A stretch of 29,488 bases of DNA from an uncultured Candidatus Saccharibacteria bacterium (GCA_964362685.1 CAYIFL010000001.1:1-29488); one strand, 5' to 3'. Shown: positions 1-9,261, numbered from the stretch's first letter. Notes: generated from the letters alone by a model not told the origin. Translations and numbers: made by a program.

Positions 1-919
1 ACTCCGGTATTGATTTGAAAACAGGCAGTTGCATATTCGGAAATAATTCATGAATAGTTGGCGTATCCTGAATTACCTGGAATGTCTTACTAAGTGCTAC
101 TTCAAAAACCCGAGGAGATATGCCGGAGATAACCTGCGGATTATAAAGGCTTATGGTGGCTTTTGAGCTGTTATAAAGCTCATTTACTGCCTCTATTCCT
201 ATATATTGGTCGCGGCAATCAAATTTTTTGAGCCGCGGATACAGCTCTTTGAAATACGCAATGCCCGGGCCTGAAATAAGAACCCCATACTGGGCCGGCA
301 ATGCAGATAAGACAAACGCGCGGAAAAATCCAGCTGGGTCATTTCTAAAAAAACTTCCCACAAAACTTATATCGAACTTTTTTTCTGCGTCTAACGGCTT
401 GTAGCAAATAGCTGAACTAGCCAGGGGAAGATAGATGGTATTTGTATTAAAAAACTTTACAAAGGGAATCCATCCCGGGTCAGTGCAAAAAACAACGTCA
501 CAATACGGAAGCAGACCAACCAGATCTTCCGCCTGCGTCCGCGAGGGATCATCAACAATCCAACAGGCAATTTTTTTAACTTTTAGATTTTCTTTAGCCG
601 CGCGTATTGCGTCCACGGTAATAAAACTATTATTGAGCATTATCACGAGATCGGGATTGAATGCTTCGATGGTTTTAAGCCATTCGGCGCTTATAAAAGC
701 GCGCTGTTTTTCCTTAAAATCATATTTCGCTCCGTTGAATTTTGCCAAAAGATAGAGCGGACTCCGCTTGATAAGGCGATCGATCTTTAAATAAAAACGC
801 GGATGCTCTGCGCTGTCAAACGCAAAAACCTCGTGCCCAAGATTTTTAAAGGCAGAAGCAAGTAAATTACTATAGTGGTACTGTTGTTTTTTCTGGCAAT
901 CGATGAGATGGACCCGCAT
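1..919 (-). CDS. CgeB-family (GT1_2/DUF3880-type) glycosyltransferase, 3' end truncated by window edge
   Basis: Not in the ORF track because it runs off the edge. I translated it from ATG at 919: MRVHLIDCQKKQQYHYSNLLASAFKNLGHEVFAFD...FNPDLVIMLNN...CWIVDDP...FDISFVGS...SPRVFEVALSKTFQVIQD. The W-x-x-DDP and R-x-FE motifs are typical of CgeB-like GTs. The ATG lies 2 nt after the upstream stop at 922. Confidence 0.8.
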   Translation of the reverse strand, partial: MRVHLIDCQKKQQYHYSNLLASAFKNLGHEVFAFDSAEHPRFYLKIDRLIKRSPLYLLAKFNGAKYDFKEKQRAFISAEWLKTIEAFNPDLVIMLNNSFITVDAIRAAKENLKVKKIACWIVDDPSRTQAEDLVGLLPYCDVVFCTDPGWIPFVKFFNTNTIYLPLASSAICYKPLDAEKKFDISFVGSFFRNDPAGFFRAFVLSALPAQYGVLISGPGIAYFKELYPRLKKFDCRDQYIGIEAVNELYNSSKATISLYNPQVISGISPRVFEVALSKTFQVIQDTPTIHELFPNMQLPVFKSIPE

Positions 920-921
920 AC

Positions 922-1854
922 TTATTTCTTTATCGCAATTACCTCCTGGCCGCTCCCAACCTTAAACCACTCGACGACTTTTTTGATCGGTACAAGTACA
1001 TAATGAATACACATCAGAATGAGCTGTTTTTCGAAAAAGAACTGCTTGCGGTTTACATAATACGCAATACTCCTTAAAACACTTCCGGATAACGCCTCGA
1101 AACGTACTGATTCTATCGTAAATCCGGCATTTTTCAAAATAACAGCTACTACCTCGGGCGCAAAATGAAAAAGATGTCGTGGGGCATCCAAATGATACCA
1201 GTATGTGCCAAAGAAACGGCGGCTTGGACAGGCAAAATTCGGCACCTTAATAATCAATCTCCCGCCCTTCTTTAAAATACGAAAGGCCTCTTCGATAGTT
1301 TTTTTTGGATCAAAGGTGTGCTCTAAAGAATGACTCATCAAAATAACATCAAAAAAGTCCGACTCATAATGGGCGTTTTCTAAAAAACCATTAAATACAT
1401 TAAAATGCGTAATTTTTTTAGCTAATGAAGCAGATAGGGCGCTCGGCTCAACGCCATAGAATTCCCAACGAGGATAATCTTTGATTACATAGGCATCGTA
1501 TGCGCCATTGCCGCAACCCACATCTAAAAATCGCCCGGTCTCCTTTCCAAAATGCCAAAACTTTGGATGCGGCGGCCCAATAATGGCTCTTTTTAACTTT
1601 CGCAGTAGTTGATAGAGCGCTTCGCCTAGAGATGATTTTCTTTCACTGTGAGAAACATTCGTATAATAGTTCCCCCCATAAAAGTACTCTAATTCTTCCC
1701 ATTCAGGCTGGGGATTCAAATATGCCAAGCCGCAACGTTTACAAAGATACAGGTTAAATTCGTCTTTGCTTTCAACCCGAATCATCCGATCCTTCAGTCG
1801 GTAAAGCAAAGTCGAGTCGGTGCTGCCGCAAAGATTGCAGGAAATAGGTTTCAT
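922..1854 (-). CDS. Class I SAM-dependent methyltransferase with N-terminal Zn-ribbon
   Basis: CNLC...CKRC Zn-ligand pairs, SAM motif FLDVGCGNG, FDVILMSHSLEH, HLFHF. Start placed at MKPISC (1854), 1 nt after the upstream stop; the ORF track starts at 1863. Confidence 0.88.
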   Translation of the reverse strand: MKPISCNLCGSTDSTLLYRLKDRMIRVESKDEFNLYLCKRCGLAYLNPQPEWEELEYFYGGNYYTNVSHSERKSSLGEALYQLLRKLKRAIIGPPHPKFWHFGKETGRFLDVGCGNGAYDAYVIKDYPRWEFYGVEPSALSASLAKKITHFNVFNGFLENAHYESDFFDVILMSHSLEHTFDPKKTIEEAFRILKKGGRLIIKVPNFACPSRRFFGTYWYHLDAPRHLFHFAPEVVAVILKNAGFTIESVRFEALSGSVLRSIAYYVNRKQFFFEKQLILMCIHYVLVPIKKVVEWFKVGSGQEVIAIKK

Positions 1855-1855
1855 A

Positions 1856-3091
1856 TTACACAATTTTTACTTCAGGAACGGGAATAATAAATTTCACACC
1901 TTGCTCTCTTAATTCTTTTTCCTTTTCTAAAATCGCACGAGCGTAATTCCAAGCCAAAAGCAGGATATAATCCGGCGGAAATTCCTTAATTTTATCCGGA
2001 TGATGAATCGGCACTCGCATGCCCGGCGAATATAAACCTTGTTTGAATGAAGTTGTGTCAGTTATAAATTCTAAAATATCACTGCCAATTCCAAAATAAT
2101 TTAATAGCGTATTTCCCTTGGCTGGCGCGCCGTAACCTATAATTTTTTTGCCCTCTGCTTTTATTCTTATCAGCATATCCTTCAGATCTCTTTTATTTTT
2201 CTCCACTTTTTTTGCAAAATTTTCGTATGACTCCAATCGGTCGAGGCCAAGCTCTTTTTCTCTGGCTAAAAATTCGTCCACTGATTTTTCCTGCTCACGA
2301 TTTGCGCTTACATACACTCGCAGGGACTCTCCGTGGATCGGAACGAGTTTAACGTCAAAAATTTTCAAGCCCAGTTGGTTAATTAAATAATCGAGTGCGG
2401 TCAAAGAAAAATATGAGAGGTGCTCATGATATATTTGGTCAAATCCGCCATCGCCTATCAAATTGCCCACCCAATGCACTTCAAAAACAAATACGCCATC
2501 TCTGCCGATTAACATTTTTACTCCCTCAAACATATCTTTCAAATTATCTATGTGAGCAACAACATTATTGGCAACAACTACCTTAGCGCGACCATAATCC
2601 TTAAGTATCCCTTCAGCAAACTTTTGATTAAAACCAAAGGAGTCAGAAATCGCCGGTACGCCACGTTGCCTCGAAATCTCTGCCACATTTTCCGCTGGCT
2701 CAACATTTAAAACGCGGCATGTATCTCGTACAGCAGAGAGCAGAGTTCCGTCATTACCTCCAATTTCTAAGATCAAATCTTCTTTTGAGGTAACAAAGGT
2801 ATCTGCTAACTCTCTTGCCATTTTCTCAAAATGATCTGCAAGAGGCTTGCTCGCTGACGTCAAATAATGATAGTTCCGAAAAAGAACCAGGGGGCTCACC
2901 ACGTCCAAAAGTTGAAGCAGTCCGCAGTTGTTGCAAAAATAAACAATGAGAGGAAATTTTTCCTCCGGCGCATCCAACTCTTCCTTTTTTAGATACGCAT
3001 TCGCCGGCGGCATTTCTCCTAAATCTAAGATTTTTATGAAATCAGGTTGGCCGCAAATCCGGCACGCGTTTTTGTGGATACAATCATTCAT
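1856..3091 (-). CDS. NDP-hexose C-methyltransferase (TylC3/TcaB9/NovU-like)
   Basis: CRICG...LDLGEMPPAN...CNNCGLLQL Zn domain, LEIGGNDG, ANNVVAHI, QIYHEHLSYFS, HGESLR, GYGAPAKGNTLLNY, ILLLAWNY: the full three-domain signature of sugar C-methyltransferases. Confidence 0.92.
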   Translation of the reverse strand: MNDCIHKNACRICGQPDFIKILDLGEMPPANAYLKKEELDAPEEKFPLIVYFCNNCGLLQLLDVVSPLVLFRNYHYLTSASKPLADHFEKMARELADTFVTSKEDLILEIGGNDGTLLSAVRDTCRVLNVEPAENVAEISRQRGVPAISDSFGFNQKFAEGILKDYGRAKVVVANNVVAHIDNLKDMFEGVKMLIGRDGVFVFEVHWVGNLIGDGGFDQIYHEHLSYFSLTALDYLINQLGLKIFDVKLVPIHGESLRVYVSANREQEKSVDEFLAREKELGLDRLESYENFAKKVEKNKRDLKDMLIRIKAEGKKIIGYGAPAKGNTLLNYFGIGSDILEFITDTTSFKQGLYSPGMRVPIHHPDKIKEFPPDYILLLAWNYARAILEKEKELREQGVKFIIPVPEVKIV

Positions 3092-3108
3092 AATGCCAAA
3101 GTAATGAC

Positions 3109-4005
3109 TTAGTGCTCTTTCTTTTGTTCTGCCCCGGGCTGATTCACTAAATAGGGATAGGATTCTTTAGTTGCATCGCGGTCCAGGGAAAGAAACGCAT
3201 AATATAAAATTCCACGTGTTTCCATTAAAGCATACTCTGTTTTTCCACCCTCTGGGGTTGATATTGGCAATAATCTTATTTTTGTTCCCTCTGGAAAGGG
3301 TCTATATCTATTAATCATTCGTACTATCCTAGCCAATTGCGGCGCATGAGAAATGATAGCTAATTCATCATGCTCTATATCAAAATTTTCCGGCAAACGA
3401 ACAGACTTCACCTGATCAACACTTTTATCTATACCTTCTCCAATCACCATCACCTTTTCTTGTGGTATGATTATTCCCTCTCGCGTTAAGACATCATGGA
3501 CCACCTCATTTTCATCAGGTCTACCATTATAGATAATGTACGGACCCGACTCTAGGATCGACCTCTTTGTTAATTCTTTTCGTTTTTGAAGAGAACTCAA
3601 TCCTCCTTGATCAAAAACGTCTCCGCTCCGAGCCTCTGTCACCCTTCGCGCAATCCGTGCCGCATAATTTAAACGAGCCCTGTCCATACCTCGCGCCCAC
3701 GGAAAGTTTTTATAACGATCTTCCTTGACTGGATCATCATACGTGCCCGGACCAGAAAGAACCCATATGGCTTCAATTTTTTTAGCAACATCATCTGATA
3801 GGTGAAACTCGCGGTAATCGCGCTCGGCAATTTCTTCCAAAAGATCGATTTCACGAAGCACCTCGTCAATTAATTGTTTTATTTCTTCTGGCGGAAATCG
3901 TTTAAATGCTTCATGCTCTTCTACTGCACTTTCGTACACAGCATCAATGCCAAGGCGAGCCTCTTTTTTTATATTGCGTTTCTCTGATTGATTTTCTATG
4001 GACAT
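3109..4005 (-). CDS. Hypothetical protein, divergent DUF218/YdcF-like
   Basis: 298 aa. AIWVLSG...DRARLNYAARI...YIIYNG...DKSVDQV...LAIISHAPQLARIVR follows the motif order of DUF218, with substitutions. Acidic N-terminal extension. Confidence 0.5.
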   Translation of the reverse strand: MSIENQSEKRNIKKEARLGIDAVYESAVEEHEAFKRFPPEEIKQLIDEVLREIDLLEEIAERDYREFHLSDDVAKKIEAIWVLSGPGTYDDPVKEDRYKNFPWARGMDRARLNYAARIARRVTEARSGDVFDQGGLSSLQKRKELTKRSILESGPYIIYNGRPDENEVVHDVLTREGIIIPQEKVMVIGEGIDKSVDQVKSVRLPENFDIEHDELAIISHAPQLARIVRMINRYRPFPEGTKIRLLPISTPEGGKTEYALMETRGILYYAFLSLDRDATKESYPYLVNQPGAEQKKEH

Positions 4006-4021
4006 ACTATATTTTTATTTC

Positions 4022-4879
4022 CTACTTTTGCAGAAACACATCAGCTTCTCGCCACTCACTTTCCAAATATTCCTTCAGCGCCTCCTGCCATGGCCGCATC
4101 GGATATTTTAGAGAAAGCAAACTTTCGTCTCCGCCTGTCGCATCTGGATTAAAAAAGCTGATGTCTACGGGAATCGCATTAGCATTTGATCCCAGCGTTT
4201 TAATTATTTCCTCTGCCATCTCGAGTCGAGAAGCGCTACCGCTATTTACAATATGAAACACCCCAACTGCGCCTTTTCCCAGCAGTGCCTTTATCGCTCC
4301 GACTACATCCTTGCCAAATGTTGGTGAGCCGATTTGATCCGAAGCCGCTCGAATTTCTTTTGTCCCCTCGCGCGAAAGCTGATCAATAATTTTTCTCACG
4401 AATTTTTTATCCCGAGTGGGGCCGCCGCCGAAAATCCAGCTTGTCAGTATAATAAAGTAATCATCAGATATTCCTCTGACTGCAAGCTCCCCCATATGTT
4501 TTGATTTGCCGTAGACACTTTTTGCAAAAGGGGTATCGCTCTCTCTGAAGGGCCCGTTATCTAATCTGTCGAACACCGCATTCGTTGAAACATACACCAT
4601 TTTCGCGCCGGCTTGTTTCGCCGCGCATGCCACATTATACGTTCCAATTGAATTTATAAAATAGGCGCGTTCTGGATTTTCCTCGCACGCTCCCATATCT
4701 GTTTCTGCGGCTAAGTGAAGTATAGCTCGCGGATTAGTATCCGCGACAAACTTTTGAACCGCATCAAAATCCGTTATATCCAAAATCTCTTTGTTTGTCT
4801 TTATACCGAAATCAATATAGGAACCAACCATGCCGCCGGATCCGGTAATAAGAATCTTGTCTAAATTGATTTCTGCCAT
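4022..4879 (-). CDS. rfbD: dTDP-4-dehydrorhamnose reductase-like SDR
   Basis: ILITGSGGMVGS (GxxGxxG), LHLAAETD, YVSTNAVFD, YGKSK (YxxxK), DQIGSPT, PWQEAL. Start placed at MAEINLDK (4879). Confidence 0.85.
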   Translation of the reverse strand: MAEINLDKILITGSGGMVGSYIDFGIKTNKEILDITDFDAVQKFVADTNPRAILHLAAETDMGACEENPERAYFINSIGTYNVACAAKQAGAKMVYVSTNAVFDRLDNGPFRESDTPFAKSVYGKSKHMGELAVRGISDDYFIILTSWIFGGGPTRDKKFVRKIIDQLSREGTKEIRAASDQIGSPTFGKDVVGAIKALLGKGAVGVFHIVNSGSASRLEMAEEIIKTLGSNANAIPVDISFFNPDATGGDESLLSLKYPMRPWQEALKEYLESEWREADVFLQK

Positions 4880-4898
4880 AGGTATTGATAAATAAGAT

Positions 4899-5489
4899 TT
4901 AGGAGAAAAACTTTTTATGATACTCGATGGCATCATCAAATACGGCGAGCTCACGAGAATCCTGATAGCGGCTGATTCTTTTTGCTTCCTCGTAAACCAC
5001 CTGCCATCGCGGCACCAAAAGCTCGGCCTGACTACCCAAAACTGTCTCGTGCCAGCTGAAAAAGGACGGCGGCTGCATAATAACCTTTAGCTCGCTCTTT
5101 TGTTTTTTAACTTGATCAATAAAGGTGAGCCAACTCCGCACAGTATGATACGGTTGAGCGATAACCATAATTATTGACCAGCCATGTTCTCTCGCAACCG
5201 TTACAACTGCTTCTGCCTCAAGCTTGGTATTGGTTGCTGGCTTAATAGTTAGAAGAGCATGTTCCGGAATTCCTTTTTCTCTTAGATGCCGGAGCCATCG
5301 TTCCCGACCAATATAATCTTTATACTCTCCAAGTCCATTTATGATAATCAAAGGGGCATACTGCGCCTCATAGAGCTCGGCTGCCTTACGTATGGATTCT
5401 CCCCCTTCGCGGGCGTGGATGAAAATCGCATCGGATTTTTCAGGCCTTTGCGTAAAACAAATGTTTGCTAGCAAAAATAATTGATCCAT
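4899..5489 (-). CDS. DUF218/YdcF/ElyC-family protein
   Basis: KSDAIFIH...AAELY...PLIIING...ATNTKLEA...IMVIAQPYHTVRSWLTF matches the DUF218 pattern (NT-x-EN-like and TxxYHxxR-like motifs). Start uncertain (5489, 5555 or 5594). Confidence 0.75.
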   Translation of the reverse strand: MDQLFLLANICFTQRPEKSDAIFIHAREGGESIRKAAELYEAQYAPLIIINGLGEYKDYIGRERWLRHLREKGIPEHALLTIKPATNTKLEAEAVVTVAREHGWSIIMVIAQPYHTVRSWLTFIDQVKKQKSELKVIMQPPSFFSWHETVLGSQAELLVPRWQVVYEEAKRISRYQDSRELAVFDDAIEYHKKFFS

Positions 5490-5511
5490 TGAAAAATCAG
5501 CCGGGAAATAT

Positions 5512-6246
5512 TTAGGTTTCTCTGAAATGTTTTTTTGAAAAGTAAAGATGCGCATGGTGCAGAGATTCAAGCGTACCGGTATCAAACCATTCACCTTCTA
5601 AAATTTCATAGCCAGCAGTACCCTTTTCCACAAAAATATTATTTAGATCGGTCATCTCCAGCTCGCCCCGAGCTGAAGGTTTGAGTGTTTTAATATGGTC
5701 AAAAATAATTGGTTTGCAAAGATAAAAGCCGACCTGGGCTAATTTCGTTTCGGGATTTTTCGGCTTTTCAACAATTTTGATAAGCTTGCCATCCTCTATA
5801 GTGGCAACGCCGAAACGATGCGCGTCGTCTCTCTCCTTAAAGAAAAGCTTTATGTCTGAATTGCCCGCTCTAAACTCCTCTGCGGCTTTGCGCAATTGCT
5901 CATCGCACCCTTCAAAGATATTGTCCCCCAAAATAACCGCGAGCGGGCTCTCGCCGGCAAAGTCTTCTGCTAAGCCCAGAGCTTGGGCTATCCCACCAGC
6001 CTCATCTTGAACCGCGTACTGCAATTTCACTCCATACTCCTTACCTGATCCAAAGAGCTTGATAAAATGCTCAGCGTGATCCCTCCCAGAAATAATTAAG
6101 ATAGACGTAATTCCTAAAGATTGTAAAATCTCTAAGGGATAATAAATCATCGGCTTATTGAAAACCGGCAGAAGATGCTTATTAGTAACTTTAGTCAGGG
6201 GATGGAGACGGGAGCCTGTTCCACCTGCGAGAATCACACCTTTCAT
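5512..6246 (-). CDS. rfbA: Glucose-1-phosphate thymidylyltransferase (short form)
   Basis: MKGVILAGGTGSRLHPLTKVTNKHLLPVFNKPMIYYPL, GDNIF, KPSARGELEMTD, WFDTGT. ATGA overlap with the rfbB stop. Confidence 0.93.
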   Translation of the reverse strand: MKGVILAGGTGSRLHPLTKVTNKHLLPVFNKPMIYYPLEILQSLGITSILIISGRDHAEHFIKLFGSGKEYGVKLQYAVQDEAGGIAQALGLAEDFAGESPLAVILGDNIFEGCDEQLRKAAEEFRAGNSDIKLFFKERDDAHRFGVATIEDGKLIKIVEKPKNPETKLAQVGFYLCKPIIFDHIKTLKPSARGELEMTDLNNIFVEKGTAGYEILEGEWFDTGTLESLHHAHLYFSKKHFRET

Positions 6247-7295
6247 ATCTTTTTGCCTTTTACTTTTACCATATGGCCCTTCCACAGATCAATATGAGGA
6301 TTAAAAACGCCTGTTTTTTTGCGAACATTTTCTATCCATTTTGGATTCTCCATATACCATTCAATGGTATTTTGAAAAGCCTCCGCAAATTTGTAGCTTG
6401 GCCTCCAGCCCAGCGCGCGTCTGATTTTAGATGCATCAATCGCATAGCGGCGGTCGTGCCCGGGCCTATCGTGCACGAATTCAATCCACGAACGATCCCT
6501 GTTGAAATATTTTAAAATCAAATCAGCTATTGCCAAATTGCTCATTTCATTATCTGCGCCGATATTGTATACCCCCCCTGATGCTCCTTTAAGTAAACAC
6601 AGCCATAAAGCTTCGCAATGATCAAGTACGTAAATCCAATCCCGTACATTTTTGCCGTCGCCGTAGAGCGGCAATTTTTTATTTTCAAGCATTCGCAGAA
6701 TAAAAAACGGAATTAGCTTTTCCGGATATTGATAAGGCCCGTAATTATTGGAGCAATGCGTTACCACGACCGGCACGCCAAATGTTTTATGATAGGCACG
6801 GCAAAGCATATCTCCACCGGCTTTTGTCGCGGCGTAAGGGACATTCGGCGCAAAGGCAGTGTCCTCTCTGAATTTCTTTTTTGAATGTAAATCCAGACTG
6901 CCGTATGTTTCATCCGTTGAAACCTGAACGTACTTTTTAATTTTCGGATTATTTTTAACCAATTCCAAAAGATTAAAAACGCCGATGATATTTGTATCAA
7001 TGAATTCTCTGGCGCCAACGTGAATACTTCTGTCCACGTGGGTTTCTGCGGCGAAGGAAATGATATAGTCCGGTTTAAAATTTCTAAAAACCGATTCCAG
7101 CTTCTTTCTGTCTGCAATATCGCCTTTAACAAATGTATATCTTTTATCCCTTTCTACGTCTCTTAAATTATCGAGGTTCCCTGAATACGTAAGCTTATCG
7201 TAATTTAAAATACGCGCATTGTGGTGCTTTTTTAAAATATGCCTTATAAAATTTGAGCCGATAAAACCGGCGCCGCCGCAAACTAGAATCCTCAT
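6243..7295 (-). CDS. rfbB: dTDP-glucose 4,6-dehydratase
   Basis: GGAGFIGSNF, DKLTYSGNLDNL, FAAETHVDRSI, VSTDETYG, YAATK, SNNYGPYQYPEKLIP, DRPGHDRRYAID. Confidence 0.96.
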   Translation of the reverse strand: MRILVCGGAGFIGSNFIRHILKKHHNARILNYDKLTYSGNLDNLRDVERDKRYTFVKGDIADRKKLESVFRNFKPDYIISFAAETHVDRSIHVGAREFIDTNIIGVFNLLELVKNNPKIKKYVQVSTDETYGSLDLHSKKKFREDTAFAPNVPYAATKAGGDMLCRAYHKTFGVPVVVTHCSNNYGPYQYPEKLIPFFILRMLENKKLPLYGDGKNVRDWIYVLDHCEALWLCLLKGASGGVYNIGADNEMSNLAIADLILKYFNRDRSWIEFVHDRPGHDRRYAIDASKIRRALGWRPSYKFAEAFQNTIEWYMENPKWIENVRKKTGVFNPHIDLWKGHMVKVKGKKI

Positions 7296-7306
7296 ACAAA
7301 TGAAAA

Positions 7307-8509
7307 TTAAATGCGTAAAGCTTTTACCAGCGCTTCACTATCTTTATCGTAGCTATATCCTTGAATTATTTCAAACGACTTTTTGCCAAATAACTGGCGC
7401 TTTTTTTTATCACGTGCTTGTTCATACAAAAACGAACCCAAGGCGGAGCTATCGCCCAACGTAAATATAAAACCATTTTCACCCTGTCTCACCAAATCCG
7501 GAGCGCAGCCGACCAGATTGGAAACAACGACCGGCAGTCCAAAGCACATTGCCTCGTTTACCGCGAGTCCCCATGTCTCGCCTGCGCCGGATGGCAAAAC
7601 AAGGATATCCGACATCGCATAGTAGCGAGGCATCTCCGTCTGATTTTTAAATCCCGCAAAGTGGACATTCTGCAAAGCGTGGTCTTTTACATACTTTTCC
7701 ATTTCCCCGCGTAATGCGCCATCGCCGACAAATACTAAATGAGTCACTTGTAACTTGTCACTTGTAACTAGTAATTCATACGCCTTGAGTAAATCGAGCG
7801 GGCGTTTTTTCTCGATCAATTTCCCAACAAAAAGAATGACTACGTCGTTCTTAGCGATCCCCAATGCTCTTCTTAATTCATACTTCTTGCTTCGTGATTC
7901 CTCTGCTTGCTTCATGAAGCGGTTATTATCTACCGCGTACGGGCAGAAAATCAGCTTGTGTTCCGGCACGCCGTAGTACTCGTAAAACTTTTTATTTTCC
8001 TCGCCGATATACAAAAAGGCGCTCGTAATTTTAAAAAGGCTGCCCAAAATAATTTTCTTAACAAAAATTTTAAGCTTGCCCTTACCCGATTCTTGATTAA
8101 AAGGGTTCTCGCCTCGAAGCAAAATAGGCGTGTGAGTTATAAGGCACGTTATGAATGCAAGCCAGTTTGTAAAAGAATTCCAGCCAAAAATAAGCACGGC
8201 GTCATATTTCTTACGTATAAGCTCGGGCACAATGCCAAAATTAATCTGCCCCCAAAATTCACTGGAGGGCCTAGGAGACCAGTTTTTTAAAAAGGCGTGT
8301 GTGTATCCCTGGAGAATGGGTATATCCCATTTGAATTCTTTGCCAAACTCACGATCATAGGCGCCCCTTTCTGCTTGGGCTTCCCAGCAAAAGTATACAG
8401 AAAAATCGAGGTGGGGATCCTCGGCAATTTTCTTAAAAAGCGGCCCCTGATACTGAATAGGATGAGACGTGAGTGCGGCTAAACGATACTTCTTTCTGTC
8501 ATTAGTCAT
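7307..8509 (-). CDS. Glycosyltransferase family 4
   Basis: SHPIQYQGP, CPYAVDN, ILFVGKLIEKKRPLDLL, FVGDG, ETWGLAVNEAM (E-x7-E), GENGF. Confidence 0.93.
   Translation of the reverse strand: MTNDRKKYRLAALTSHPIQYQGPLFKKIAEDPHLDFSVYFCWEAQAERGAYDREFGKEFKWDIPILQGYTHAFLKNWSPRPSSEFWGQINFGIVPELIRKKYDAVLIFGWNSFTNWLAFITCLITHTPILLRGENPFNQESGKGKLKIFVKKIILGSLFKITSAFLYIGEENKKFYEYYGVPEHKLIFCPYAVDNNRFMKQAEESRSKKYELRRALGIAKNDVVILFVGKLIEKKRPLDLLKAYELLVTSDKLQVTHLVFVGDGALRGEMEKYVKDHALQNVHFAGFKNQTEMPRYYAMSDILVLPSGAGETWGLAVNEAMCFGLPVVVSNLVGCAPDLVRQGENGFIFTLGDSSALGSFLYEQARDKKKRQLFGKKSFEIIQGYSYDKDSEALVKALRI
7743..7777. repeat. 7-bp-periodic tandem tract inside GT4 CDS
   Basis: gtcactt gtaactt gtcactt gtaacta gtaattc; encodes ELLVTSDKLQVT on the minus strand. 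Confidence 0.8.
7866..7900. repeat. Degenerate 7-bp-periodic tract inside GT4 CDS
   Basis: Minus strand gaatcac gaagcaa gaagtat gaattaa gaagagc, five units each starting GAA; encodes ESRSKKYELRR. Confidence 0.6.
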
Positions 8510-8513
8510 CTGG

Positions 8514-9251
8514 TCACTTGTCGAAGGTTACGAGCCCTTGCGCTTCTTTATATCTCTCAGGCGTGCCAATATCAAGAAAATCATCCTCCATTACAAAGCC
8601 ATGGCAATACTCACCTAGTACCGAGGGGAAAAAATGGTATTCAATCGAAAAAGAATCTTCCTGCGGCATATGAGCAAACGCATCTTTCTTCATTACATAT
8701 ACACCTGCATTTACCAGTCCTTCCTCGTTCACGCCATCTTTTTCCCGAAAACTTTGAATCCATCCTTCTGTATCAATCTCTACTCTACCGTATGCTGACG
8801 CATCAGATTTTTTTCCCAGAAGAATAGAAACAAGGGCGTCTTTTTCACGATGAGCTCCATACAAATCACGAAAAGGAGGCGCCATAACCTGATCTCCGTT
8901 CATCACAAAAAAATGATCCGTGCGTATCAAATCTTTTGCTCGCTTAACTGCGCCGCCGGTTCCTAAAGGAATATCTTCTTCTGAAAAAACGATTTCAACA
9001 TTCTCTCTACCAAGAGGTTTGTAATCTCGAAAGTGATCTATCACCTGATTCTTGAGGTAGCCCACGCTTAAAATCATGCGGCGGAATCCATGGCGCGCAA
9101 GCATATCGATTGCGCGTTCAAGGAACGGCCTGCCGCCGACCTCAGCCATCACCTTTGGCCGATCAGAAACAACAGACTGCAGACGGGTTCCTTTCCCGCC
9201 CGCAAGAATCAATACATCGCTTGTATGAAAATCATCAAAAGGGTTCGACAT
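8514..9251 (-). CDS. hddC: D-glycero-alpha-D-manno-heptose 1-phosphate guanylyltransferase-like nucleotidyltransferase
   Basis: ILAGGKGTRLQSVVSDRPKVMAEVGGRPFL, LGTGGA, VMNGD, NAGVY, FLDIGTPERY; adjacent to hddA. Start placed at MSNPF (9251). Confidence 0.82.
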   Translation of the reverse strand: MSNPFDDFHTSDVLILAGGKGTRLQSVVSDRPKVMAEVGGRPFLERAIDMLARHGFRRMILSVGYLKNQVIDHFRDYKPLGRENVEIVFSEEDIPLGTGGAVKRAKDLIRTDHFFVMNGDQVMAPPFRDLYGAHREKDALVSILLGKKSDASAYGRVEIDTEGWIQSFREKDGVNEEGLVNAGVYVMKKDAFAHMPQEDSFSIEYHFFPSVLGEYCHGFVMEDDFLDIGTPERYKEAQGLVTFDK

Positions 9252-9261
9252 ATAGCGGGGA

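Noticed and set aside
4022-4879. rfbD as a pseudogene because of its short N-terminal region
   Set aside because: The frame is intact and retains GxxGxxG, ST and YxxxK; a shortened loop is not evidence of decay.
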